This document shows positions 52,641 through 64,000 of a DNA stretch of 64,000 nt, piece by piece. Origin of the DNA: Somniosus microcephalus (lineage: Eukaryota); the NCBI GenBank assembly GCA_052327205.1, contig CM126226.1:40176001-40240000 (forward strand), in the 5' to 3' direction. Each line of letters opens with the position of its first letter. The first letter of the stretch is position 1. The position numbers and the translations under genes were made by a program. Under the pieces are notes generated by a model that worked only from the letters and a program-made list of their open reading frames with translations, was not told where the DNA came from and did no database searches.

Positions 52641-54127
52641 TCAGGGTCCAACCCCAAATGAAAGCCAACCTTTTCAAATGATCATGGAGAAATACAATTC
52701 AACGGGTGTTTTAACTAGAGTTAAAATTCAGTTGTGTTGATAAGCTACAGAGAACTTACTCTGTATGGCAAGACTTTTAGTGAAACATAGCATAATAGTA
52801 CTAGATTTTGTACACCTACAACATACTACACATAGGGCATAATGCTACATGATTCAATATTTACAATAGATTAGTTACAGTAATAATGCAACTTAGAAAT
52901 TATGGTAAGGTAGCCAATAGGTTTTTCAATTACAACCCCTGAAATAGAAACTGCAATGTAGAAACAATTTTGCTGGGTATCCTTCCCAAAAGTGCAATAC
53001 TTGAAACTAGGCCATATTTCTTTCCTGTCATACTTTAGTTACTCATCTGCTAATTAACAGGTTGCAGTAGAAACACCTCCAAGTCTGCCTGTTCTACAGT
53101 GAATCCTGTTTTTCACCATCTTTTCCCCAGTTTTTTTCCTTAACCATTTGTAATCAAATTTAGAGAAACAAATCAGTAGCCCAGGAAATCATAACCTTTC
53201 AAAACCAAGGTGGATATTTGCATCAGCTTATAAAAGGGTGGACATAATGAACATGTACTCCCGGTGTGGGTGATTATCGGGAAACTATGGGTAAACTACA
53301 CATGATTTTCTATCCATTAAAATTAATCAATTTCTTGAGTTGCGCTCCCAGTGGGCAAGGCTCCACACCAGGGGTGCACATTCATAAAAATGGCTCTATG
53401 GCATTTACAAGAAAGCTCCCCTCTCTGTTTGTATGTATGTTTGCAAGTTCTGACCAATGTGAAGTTATTTTTCAAAGTTTCTCTTTCATAGAATGCCAGA
53501 CAGGTGCGAAAATAGATCAACAGCATAGATGCGACAAGTAGGAACGCAAATGTAGAAGTAGGTTAATGCCTTCCTGGAGGCATTCTGTTGGAAGCATGTA
53601 GAGGATACACAATAAGAAGGCACAGATTTCAGAAAATAAACCCTCAAGTGTAATTTGGGTGCATATCTGATTTGGACCATGGCATAAGGATAATTTTTCA
53701 AAGATGCGCGGTTCCATTTCCCGTAGTTGTGTCGTAATATATATTTTTTAATTTTAAATAAATACAAAAAGGAATAGAAATGAGCCTTTGATGGTAAATC
53801 ACTGCTGGAATCCCCAAGGTTATTCGGGAAAAAAATGTAAATGCTGGTTTAAGGGCTAAAGCTGTTCCTTCAGTTAATTAGGTGATCTGGGGGGAAAACT
53901 GACATTTTCTGATCTTGGCTGGCAAAGGGGAAATAAAAGAAGGGAAATAGGGGAATAAACAAAATAACTAATATATAAAACTGCACTATATACACATTGC
54001 AAGCATAAATTCATATTTTTAGCAAAGCCCAGCAAACTTGCTGTTTTGGTGCTGAATAATGAGCTACAAGTTTAATACTGTCACATAAGATATTTTATGT
54101 TTCAGACATTGAGTTGCTTCCGAAGTG

Positions 54128-54527
54128 TTTAGCTGGGAGGCAGTTAGGGCTCATTCAAGATTGTCAGGCAAGCAGTCTGACAACACAGAGGCAATGGAGG
54201 GGGTCAAGAGAGTTGGTGGGGAGGTAGAGCTGAGCGTCAGCAAACATGTGGAAGCTGTCACGATGGCTGCGGATAATGTCACTAAGGGACAGCATGTAGA
54301 TAAGGAACAGTAGGAGGCCAAGAATGGATCCTTGGGGGACTCTGGAGGTGATAGCGTGGTGGTGGGAGAAGCCATTTCTAGAGCTGCTTTGGCTATAATT
54401 AGATAGGTAAGAGCAGAACCAAGGGAGGGCAGTCCCACAGAGTTGGATAATGGAGGAGGTGTTGAAGGAGGATCATGTGATTGATTGAGTCAAAGGTTGC
54501 AGAGAGATCGAGGAGGATGACGAGAAA
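54128..54527 (-). mobile_element. L2-clade LINE RT fragment
   Basis: LVILLDLSATFDSINH.ILLQ; downstream SxVPQGSILG and degenerate FADx-TQLY-like motifs across frameshifts. Confidence 0.8.
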
Positions 54528-55496
54528 CAGTTCTGTAGGGAGTGGGGTAGCACAAAAGAGCTGTAAATAGTCAGTGTGGGTCCTGACAGAAGTCTTGACA
54601 AAATGAGGCGAGCTAAATGGGACCGAATGGCCTTCTCTTATTGCTAATTTTAAGTGTATTTCACTCGGCAAGATCCTTCGCAGAGCCAAGAAAGTGATGG
54701 AGTCACGGTGATTGTGTGTACAATTAGAAGAGATGAAGAATGTTCCTTTCTGGGGAGCTGTAATATTGAAAAATCATGCACATGTAAAACTAATGTAAAA
54801 ATCTCGTCTTTGGTGACTCCATACATTGTTTCAACGTTTTTAAAAAAGTTTTCCTTTGCATGGCTTTGCAAATAATTAATAATTATTAAAACTTTGATTG
54901 ATATTAAAAGGACCTGATAATATTTGTAATGCCCGACATCTCTAAAGACGGCATTCCTTTTTGTAGTGTGATCAGATAAAATGCAATCCCATGTAATTAC
55001 AGATCCTGATCATTTCAAACATTTGCATGTGTTTTGAGAGTATGACAGAAACATTCTTATTTGGAAGCAAGGTTGGAGAGAGATCTTGAAAATTACTTTC
55101 TGTGGAATAACACCTTTTATAGGAAAATTAACTTATTCTCATTATGCACATGTATAGAACTGGATGAGAGAACTGTATGCTTAAAAAAATATCAGGGTCT
55201 GTAAATGCGTCACATAAATATCCTTTATTCCAGAATCAGGTCTCCCATCTGCACCACTTCCTCAAAGGCTGTGCGTTTTCAATGCAGCAACTATATTTGC
55301 TAACCAGACAGTTCTTTAGAAATAAAAATGAACTTTGCTATCCAACCATAAAATGCAGACTGTTTATTGAGACTGTCTGGTCAGTTACTCCAAAACCAGA
55401 CGGTGCATTTCATTCAACAAAACCGCATTAACAAGGGTGGACTGACCCTTTCCTCACCTCTCAGCAGCCAAATACTTTATAGAATTTACGCGCATT

Positions 55497-56053
55497 GGGT
55501 TATAAATTTGTCGGCGCCCGGTTTCAGGCATGAAGGTAGCGATGAACCGGGTGGCCCGAGGCCCGATTTCATTAATATTAATTAGGCCAGCTGCCGGAGC
55601 CTGTCGTGCCTCCATAGACAGCTCGCCCAACTGAAGAAATTAATCTCAGGCCGCTGGCAGGAGGGGAGGGGGGGTCGGTATACTGTGGAGTCAAGGGAGC
55701 GCTCCTCTTCTTCCTGGCTCGACAGCAATGACTTTGTAACAGTTACCTCTGGTTCCTGTTGCTTAGCGACTGCGTAAGAATCCCGTGCGATGCAGGCCCG
55801 GCTCCTGCTCCGGGACATAGAATATGGGCGAGCGGGCCTAAAATAGGCAGTAGGCCCCTCACTTACCTATGTAAGGGGCCTAACGCCAGTTTTAGGCAGC
55901 CACCAGGGATGCCTGTAAATGCGCCTGACCCAATATAGGGTCTGATGTACTGCAAGTGTCCTTTGGTGGCGGGGCGTTCGTCCCTGCAATTGGCTTGCAT
56001 TGCGATCATTTTATGCCCATAAAACCGGCACAACGGGGTCCAATTTCTAACCC
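55497..56053. mobile_element. Harbinger-type MITE (distinct family)
   Basis: TIRs gggttataaatt / aatttctaaccc; TSD att on both sides. Confidence 0.85.
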
Positions 56054-56056
56054 ATT

Positions 56057-56754
56057 GGGGGAGAAATTGGGTGAGTAGCGCCACCTGTTAGCGCCTAAAG
56101 AGGCAGTCAGTGGCTGTAGCGCCACTGGCTGCGTCTCCCGCGATATTCAGTAGGGGCGCTAATGGTGGCGTTAGGCTTTTGCGCTGCGCCGCCACCGATG
56201 ACGTCATCGGTGTGCGCAGCACCCCATTCGTGCCCCGTTCGCGATATTTGGTAGCGAACGCCGCAGTTGCGCCGCTCGCTACCCGCGCCCGGTTCACGGG
56301 GCCTTACTGTGCCGGCAGCGGCGCAAGTTAAGGTGGAGGTGCAGGGCGGCCGCCTGCCAGCACCTCCGTCCCCGGCCTCCTAACCCCCCGCCCCCCCGCG
56401 GCATTGCCGGCTGTTTCCTGAGAGCCCGGCACTTCTCCTTGGTGCCGGGCTCATTTGCCGGCACTCGCGATCGGGGATCGCGCTGTTGCAGGCACCTCCC
56501 CCTTAACAGTGGGAGGAAGGCCTGCAGTACCGCAGCGTGCCGTGCCGCAGCATGTGGCGCTGCGGCACGTTGCGCTGCGATATTCAGTTTCATCGCCCTA
56601 AGAGGGACGCGGAGCGCCTCGAGCCTCGCCCCGTGTCCCTTGAGCGGCACTGAAACTGAATTTCTGGCGATCGGAATTACTCCGATCGCTGCGCTAAATC
56701 CTGCGCTCAGGCGACTTTTGCGGCACTTTGGCGCCCCAACCCAATTTCTAGGCC
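56057..56754. mobile_element. Harbinger-type MITE, inverted homolog of 43531-44216, with mixed TIRs
   Basis: gggggagaaattggg / cccaatttctaggcc; TSD att on both sides. Confidence 0.9.
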
Positions 56755-56796
56755 ATTGTGTTTTCTCTTTCAATCCCTGAAAACTACGTGGTACCT

Positions 56797-57537
56797 CATA
56801 GAATCATAGAAATTTACAGCACAGGAGGCCGCCATTCGGCCCATCTTGTCTGTGCCAGCCGACACAGTGCTGTCCACCCTAATCCCACTTTCCAGCACTT
56901 GGTTCGTATCCTTGTAGGTTACAGCACTTCAAGTGCATATCCAAGTGCTTTTTAAATGTGATGAGGGTCTCTGCCTCTACCACCCTTTCAGGCAGTGAGT
57001 TCCAGACCCCCACCACCCTCTGGGTGAAATAATTGCTCCTCAAATCCCCACTAAACCTCCTACCAATTACTTTAAATCTATGTCCCCTGATTATTGACAC
57101 TTTTGCTAAGGGAAATAGGTCCTTCCTATCCACTCTATCTAGGCCCCTCATAATTTTATACACCTCAATTAGATCTCCCCTCAGCCTCCTCTGTTCCAAA
57201 GAAAACAACCCCAGCCTATCCAATCTTTCCTCATAGCTAAAATTCCCCAGCCCAGGCAACATCCTTGTAAATCTCCTCTGCACCCTCTCTGGTGCAATCA
57301 CATCCTTCCTCTAATGTGGTGACCAGAACTGCACGTAGTATTCTAGCTGCGGCATTACCTCACACTTCTCTGGATTGAATTCCATTTGCCACTGTTCTGC
57401 CCACCAGACCAGTCCATTGATATCTTCCTGCAGTCTATAGCTTTCTTTTTCATTATCAACCACACGGCCAATTTTTGTATCATCTGCAAACTTCTTAATC
57501 ATACTTCCTACATTGAAGTCCAAATCATTGATATATT
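56797..57537 (-). mobile_element. CR1 LINE 3' part with internal deletion
   Basis: KFADDTKIG..W...WQMEFNPEKCEVM joined directly to PQLEYYVQFWSPH; then ERVQRRFTRMLPG; ttctatgattctatg tail. Confidence 0.92.
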
Positions 57538-57783
57538 CCTGCTCAAGTTATAGAGCTGGCACTTCAGTTTGCCCTCTGAATAATGTAAGGTATGTATTTT
57601 TAATACTTTTGGCTTTGTGGCACAGCTAAGATAAGAAACAGATAATGTCACATAGACCTGGTGCTTTACCAAAATCCAGTGGTTTATTAGGAGCAGCCAT
57701 TTAACTAGCATGCTGATCATCCTTTCTGGTTATCACTCTTCATCTGGTTGTACATACAACCAATGTGAGTTCTAGGTAGTCAT

Positions 57784-58030
57784 GATGTGGAGATGCCGGT
57801 GTTGGACTGGGGTGGACAAATGTGAGAAGTCACACAACACCAGGTTATAGTCCAACAGCTTTATTTGAAATCACAAGCTTTCAGAGCGCTGCTCCTTCGT
57901 CAGGTGAAGTGAAGAGATGCATATAGGCACAGCATATATAGTCAGAGAACACTGCCAGATGATTACAGGTAATCTTTCTAACTGCCCTTTATCACACCGC
58001 GGCAGAGAGATAATCACAGCAATCAGAGGT
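57784..58030 (-). mobile_element. Penelope-like element terminal (pLTR-like) fragment
   Basis: Contains a hammerhead core and AATAAA on the minus strand; ends ccagtccaacaccggcatctccacatc. Confidence 0.7.
57871..57907 (-). ncRNA. Minimal type-I hammerhead ribozyme motif (Penelope type)
   Basis: Minus strand ucac-CUGACGA-a-ggagc(agc)gcucu-GAAA-gc-UU-guga. Confidence 0.65.
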
Positions 58031-58159
58031 GTGAATGGTGTCTAGGTAGGTGTGAGCTGTGGTAGAACAGGGCACTCACGCCTAAAGAAGACGCTATTGT
58101 AGATCTAAAGGACTTTTTGATTACGTTTTTAGAAAGAAACAAGATTTGTACCATCAAGA

Positions 58160-58330
58160 TCACAGATGCATTTAAGGGGAAGCTAGATAAGTACATGAAG
58201 GAGAAAGGAATAGAAGGTAATACTGATAAGGTGAGATGAAGTATGCCAGGAGAAGGCTCGTGTGGAGCGTAAACACCAGCATAGACCAATTTGGCCGAAT
58301 GGCCTGTTTCTGTACTGTAATTTCTATGTA
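58160..58330 (+). mobile_element. CR1 3' tail (similar copy at 59680-59800)
   Basis: gatgcatttaaggggaagctagataagtacatg..ggccgaatggcctgtttc..aatttctatg. Confidence 0.8.
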
Positions 58331-58547
58331 TTATGGCTTCAGTTAAATCTTCCAAAGTTTCCGCAACAGATATTGCAGAGACAACAATGGGGATAATTGA
58401 TCACAGGCCTAGGTTCAAATGCCAGCCGTTACATACTCCAAACTGATTGCCAGTGCTGCACTGTATGTACCATGTACAGCTGGAAGATAGGAAGGGAGAA
58501 ATAGGAGAAGAGGGTGTCTTTTCAGGGCATAAAATATTGAGAATTTG

Positions 58548-59378
58548 CAGATGCAATATAACGTGGATAAATGTGAGGTTATCCACTTTGGTGGCAAAAA
58601 CAGGAAGGCAGATTATTATCTGAATGGCAATAGATTGGGAGAAGGAGAAGTGCAATGAAACCTGGGTGTCCTTGTGCACCAGTCGCTGAAGGTAAGCATG
58701 CAGGTGCAGCAGGCGGTTAAAAAGGCAAATGGTATGTTGGCCTTCGTAGCGAGAGGGTTTGAGTACAGGAACAAGGATGTCTTGCTGCAGTTGTACAGGG
58801 CCTTGGTGAGACCACATTTTGAGTATTGTGTGCAGTTTTGGTCGCCTTATCTGAGGAAGGATGTTCTTGCCATGGAGGGAGTTCAGCGAAGATTCACCAG
58901 GCTGATACCTGGGATGGCAGGAATGACGTATGAGGAGAGATTGGGTCGATTGGGCTTGTACTCGCTGGAGTTTAGAAGAATGAGAGGGGATCTCATTTAA
59001 ACTTATAAAATTCTGACAGGACTGGACAGACTAGATGCAGGAATGATGTTCCCGATGGTCGGGGAGTCCAGAACCAGGGGTCACAGTCTAAGGATAAGGG
59101 GTAGGCCATTTAGGACAGAAATGAGGAGGAATTTCTTCACCCAGAGAGTGGTGAACCTGTGGAATTCTCTACCACAGAAGGCAGTAGAAGCCAATTCAGT
59201 AAATATATTCAAGAAGGAGTTGGATATATTTCATACGGCTAAAGGGATCCAGGGGTATGGGGAGAAAGCAGGGACCGGGTACTAAAATTGGATGATCAGC
59301 CATGATCGCATTGAATGGCGGAGCAGGCTCGAAGGGCCGAATGGTCTACTCCTGCTCCTATCTTCTATGTTTCTATGT
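58548..59378 (+). mobile_element. 5'-truncated CR1 LINE, same subfamily as 4216-6007
   Basis: Near-identical to 5180-6007 with premature stops (tga ~58656, taa 58998-59000); ttctatgtttctatg tail. Confidence 0.95.
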
Positions 59379-61149
59379 TCACAAATGACTACTTTTGATT
59401 CGCCCATTTTGCTATCTGTATTACTGCAGCAGGCCGAAAAGAATATTTAAATTTTGAAAGAGACTCTGAGCAAAGAATCGTAAACTTACATATAAAAAGT
59501 ACAACTCTCCTCTTCTCCAGAGAGCGAGTTTTGGCAAAGTTGGTTAGGCATTCAATGGGGGAGGTGAGGTGTGTAGGGGGGCGGGGGGACTCTTCTGGCA
59601 CTGCTCAAGCTTTCCTCATGAGTCAACTAAAGTATATAATTGATGGCTAGATCATTTGTACTCTGAACAGAGACCAGTTTAGAAGGTTGTGCTGATAGGG
59701 TTAGGTGAAGAGGGGTGGGAGGAGGCTTGTGTGGAGCATAAACACCGGCATGGACCAGTTGGGCCGAATGGCCTGTTTCGGTGCTGTAAATTCTATGTAA
59801 TTCTAGTGTGGATGCAGAGGGTGGGAACAATTTGAGAATGGAGCGGTATAAGAAAAAACAACAACATTACAACTTCCACCCCCCCCCCCCCGCCATCTGT
59901 GCCCCACTAAAAAAGTGAAACAGCTTTACAAAAAAGTAAAATGTGCGTACGTGTCAATTGCAGCTGCTGACTGCAGAATGCACCAAATTCAGTGGTTCCC
60001 TTAAGGAGACTAACTTAAAATTAGACAGAGAAAGACGTTTCTGCACAGTGTCCATATTGGTACAGTACAGCACAATTCATCTGGGAGTTACAGCACTGCA
60101 ACTTCCCAGCTGCACATGGTATTTGCAAAAGTAAACAGGCTGAACTTTATTCCTCCATCTGGTAACCTCCATTGGCCTACACATACATATAAATCTGCAC
60201 ACTTAAAATCCAAGACAAACCAGTAAGCCCATAGCCATGAATTTTAATGGACAGTTCGAAGCTGTAAAGAACTTTTCTAATGCCCCAGAGAAATTACAGT
60301 ACTTTCCCAGACAAGCTTTCTTTGCCTTCATGCACCAGACATTCCAATGGCATGACTTGCTCAGCGCTGGGGGGAGGGAGGGAAGGGGGGGGGCGCGTTG
60401 GACCTCTGCCACTAGCTATTCATCAAAACAGATCAATATGAGACATACAAACATTCTCATCCATAATTAAAGGAAATGTCACTAAACTAAAAGTGCGCTT
60501 ACTGTAAAACAGGATGTTGCGGTTACACTGTATAAAGCCTGCATCTTTCTTTTAAAATGGTGTGTGTTTTTTTTATTAAATGAATGATAATTTGCTCAAT
60601 TATACATCAGGCACTAAACACTAGTTTCATTCTAAACCAACTACCGGTGCAGCAAGCCAGAATTGTGCAACTGGGCAATTTTGTTTCAATTTAAAACTAA
60701 CAGACAGACAGCCAAATGTTAGCATTTGTTAATCTGGCTAGGTTAAGCAGCAGCTGGTAGCAAATGAGGAGCACGCACATATAAATCTATAGACATAAAA
60801 TCCGAGTGCTCCCAGATATTTACTTTTTGCACTGTAGACTTCTGGAGTAGGACTAAGGGACCCTCAATTAAACTCAGCTGGGTTAATGTACAATACAGTA
60901 CACATGCTTACAGGTAACATGTATGTATAGAGCAATTCCAAATTCCCAAGTTGCTTTGATTCTATTGAGCAATGTAACCCTTTAATTACAGACAGCTGTT
61001 TTCCAAACTCTCTTTCATCTGCACTGATTCAATGTCTTTATAACATTTTTTCTTAAATAAGTACAGTCCATTAATTTGATTATATTTTGTTTTAAGAAAT
61101 TTTCCAGCCCATTACAAAACGATCTCTTTCATAAATTGATCCTCAGTAG

Positions 61150-61560
61150 TAGAACTATAGAAGCTTGCAGCACAGAAGGAGGTCATGTGTCCCATCGTGT
61201 CTGTGAAGTTTTCTTAGTGAAACATTCCAAAACTAATGCCAATGCCCTGCTCTCTCCCCATAGCGCTGTATCTTCCTCGGCTTCAAATATTTATCCAAAT
61301 TTCCCGTAAAAAATGCACGGTCTCTGCCTCAACCACGCCCTGCAGCAAAGCATTCCATGCTCCAACAGCCATCTGTGTAAAGAAACTTTTCTTAACCTCT
61401 CTCCTCACTCTTTTCACAATAATTTTAAATTGATAATCCCTCATCACTGAAATAGTCTTTCTCTATTTACTCTATCAAAGCTCTTCCTATTTTTGTTAGA
61501 AAAACCTTCATTAAGTCTCCACTTTGCCTTCTCAGGAAAATAATTCAATGTTGCTATTTC
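61150..61560 (-). mobile_element. Old CR1 3' fragment
   Basis: FDRVNRERLF-like coding remnant and cagcacagaaggagg tail. Confidence 0.65.
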
Positions 61561-62611
61561 TCTGGACTGCTTAAAAGAGTTCACATGAAAGGAAACACAT
61601 CTTGGCCTTAATAAAAAGAAAAAGAGTTTCCCATTTTTAAATGTTTTCATGCTACTTTAGAAATTAATGAGACTCCTTATTACACAGGGAGTGTGTGCAA
61701 GTACAGAAGCTGCTTACAAAGGTTACAACAGTAATAATGTGTGGTATGGCTTTCCTTCTGCTTGCTGACACTTGTGGATACCAGCTTTTGTTGGGTTAAC
61801 GTTTTCTGCTCTAATAAAAGTACGGAAAAGGCTTACCTGAAAGTATGCAAAGCAGGTAAATTTGATGGTACATGAAAGAAAAGCAGAAAAAATTATTAGA
61901 ATACTAGCTGGGCCAATCTTTTTTTGTAGTACAATATTTAAAAACATAGGATTGTCTAAATACGATGTTGTAGTGTTAAGACCACCTGCACTTTGTGTAA
62001 TGAATATTTTGAAAGAGGCAGATTTTGTCCCACTCTTGGTAATTCTCTGACTTGTAACATTGCAACTTTACCAGTAAAACAGAAATTATTCCCCAATCAG
62101 GTTGCTAAAAATCCACGGTGCTTCTGAGACACACCTGCTTGTAGCCCTCTTACAAAGGGGTCTAGGGGAGCAGTTTTACATTCTCTCTGAGCTGTGGGGG
62201 TTGGGGGGCGATGGATTGGAAGCGTAGACACCCTGGAACTGGCAACACTATGCTGCAGGAAGTGACCCCGCTCAGCAGGCAGACGCCAGAGATAGTCCGT
62301 AGTGGGACGAATGCCCACCGGCTATATATAAATTAAATGACTTCTCCCTGACCCTGTACACTGTGGCAGGGTCAGCACTAGAGGCCCCAAGCAGGCGCAT
62401 CCTATCCATTTATGCTGGGATGCTACGTCCAAGGATTTTCGGCACTGCTGTGTCTCACATTCGTAATATTGTTTATTGCAGGCGGTCATCTTGAAATCAG
62501 CCAATAATCCTCCAATAACAAAGAGGAACAAAACAGTAGTTTTAAAACTTTTAATATGTTACTTGCATTTTATATAGTGCCCTATCACACTGAAACATTT
62601 CTAAACACAAT

Positions 62612-63367
62612 GGCCCAGTACTTCGGGTCCCAACGCGTGAGTAAGGATGGGGTACTCACGCGTGGACTCGATGGAAGTGCCGGTTTCTTGCATGCACAGT
62701 GCATGCGCGGGAAACTGGCATTTCCTCCAAGGGGTTCAGAGGTCCAACGCGTGCGCGCAGGACTCTGCGCGCACGCGTTGAACTTCCTTCTTTTTTACAG
62801 GTTTGCCCGTGTGTAAGGGCCTCAACTTTTTACGAATGTAAAAAGGAGACGCAAGGACTTGATTCTTTAAGCTAAGTGGTCTATTTTTTAAAATTATAAC
62901 ATTTTTTCCACAGCTTTATTGTTTTTAAGGACTTTACAGTAAGGTAAGTGTATTTTTAGACCCGATTTAAACATTTTTTATTTTTTTTAAAAATTTGAAT
63001 AATTGTTTAAAATCGTTTTTTAAAGTTATTTATAGTTCATTTAATTAGTGGGATGTTTTTAAAAATTTTATTTAAAGTTTAAGTAGTGTTTTGGGCGCCC
63101 GTAGTTTTCATGAGTTTGACAGTTCTTACTATCAAACTCATGAATGAAGTTTTCCCTCCCCTGATTGGCTGCCCAGTGCTCACCTGATCCCAGCCGGCAC
63201 ATCGAACTAACTACGCCGCTGGATCAGGCAAGCACATCGCGCCAACAGCTGAACCGGGCCAGTGACAGGAATTCCAAGCAGGCTCAGGCTTCAGCTGTCG
63301 GCGCGCCGGGTAAGTGCACATCGGGGGCTTGCACGCGCGGCAAGCCCCCGAACCTAATTTCTGGGCC
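62612..63367. mobile_element. Harbinger-type MITE with AT-rich core and hairpins
   Basis: TIRs ggcccagtactt / aatttctgggcc; TSD aat/att; left flank aaacac. Confidence 0.75.
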
Positions 63368-64000
63368 ATTGAATTATATTCGGGGCGCACTAACTATTAT
63401 TATATACCCAAAAGAGAATCTTCTGCCTAATGTACAGCTAGGCCATAGACAAATTCAGCTTGTAATACTGTATTTTTTCATTATGAATGATGACATTTCC
63501 CCCCCTGTATATGCCAGTCTGGCAACGTGATTAAGAACAGATTTCCCAGTAAGAATTAGCCCCGTTTGGATGCATTATCTGAAGTATTTGACTTGTCAGG
63601 GTAGAAATCCCGGTCAGCAGGCTTCACAGACAAACGTTGAATTTGCTTGCACCATATTCCTATATGTGATTTTTTAAACAGGTATTAACTGATTTAAAAT
63701 AAACAGGTTAACACGTGCATAAAAAAAAAACATACAAAGGAATGCTGTTGAGTGCATTCTTATATATGAAGCCCACCAATCACAGAATTTGTATCCTGTA
63801 CTACACTATTGCAATCAAATCAAGATCCCACCCGGGACCATTTTTATTGGGAAACCAGTCCAGACAACTAGCAGAGAAAAAGAAAGGTCACCAACTCCAC
63901 AGTGAACAATAAACTGAATGCAACCGTAAAATCTGGACTTCCCCATAGCACATCATCTGTTGAAATGTGTAATTTTGTTTCAATAGAGTTAAGATCCATA

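Noticed and set aside
6959-56780. 100-180 aa ORFs and CpG-island-like promoters in the GC-rich blocks
   Set aside because: All lie inside TIR/TSD-bounded MITEs. High GC explains the lack of stops, and frames are not conserved between homologous copies.

Overview
Repeat-rich non-coding vertebrate DNA, intronic or intergenic. HE1/V-SINE, HER1/CR1 LINEs, DeuSINE and a Penelope-like end point to a cartilaginous fish (inference). I cannot support any host protein-coding gene, tRNA or rRNA. The main signal is a PIF/Harbinger DNA-transposon system of at least 11 elements with GG-N4-GAAATT-type terminal inverted repeats (TIRs) and 3-bp target-site duplications (TSDs). The TSDs vary in sequence but sit inside a palindromic AAAYAC-NNN-GTRTTT target. 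One copy (11720-13734) keeps a stop-free three-exon Myb/SANT-like (trihelix) ORF of 241 aa but has lost its transposase. Other copies form a deletion series, a tandem pair sharing one TSD, and a copy with mismatched TIR types. Also seen: a Penelope-type minimal hammerhead ribozyme, a Helitron-like end with a ~448-bp tandem unit next to an N gap, a chimeric CR1 insertion, and many SINE/LINE fragments. Family names come from recalled motifs, not database searches; boundaries of old repeats are approximate.
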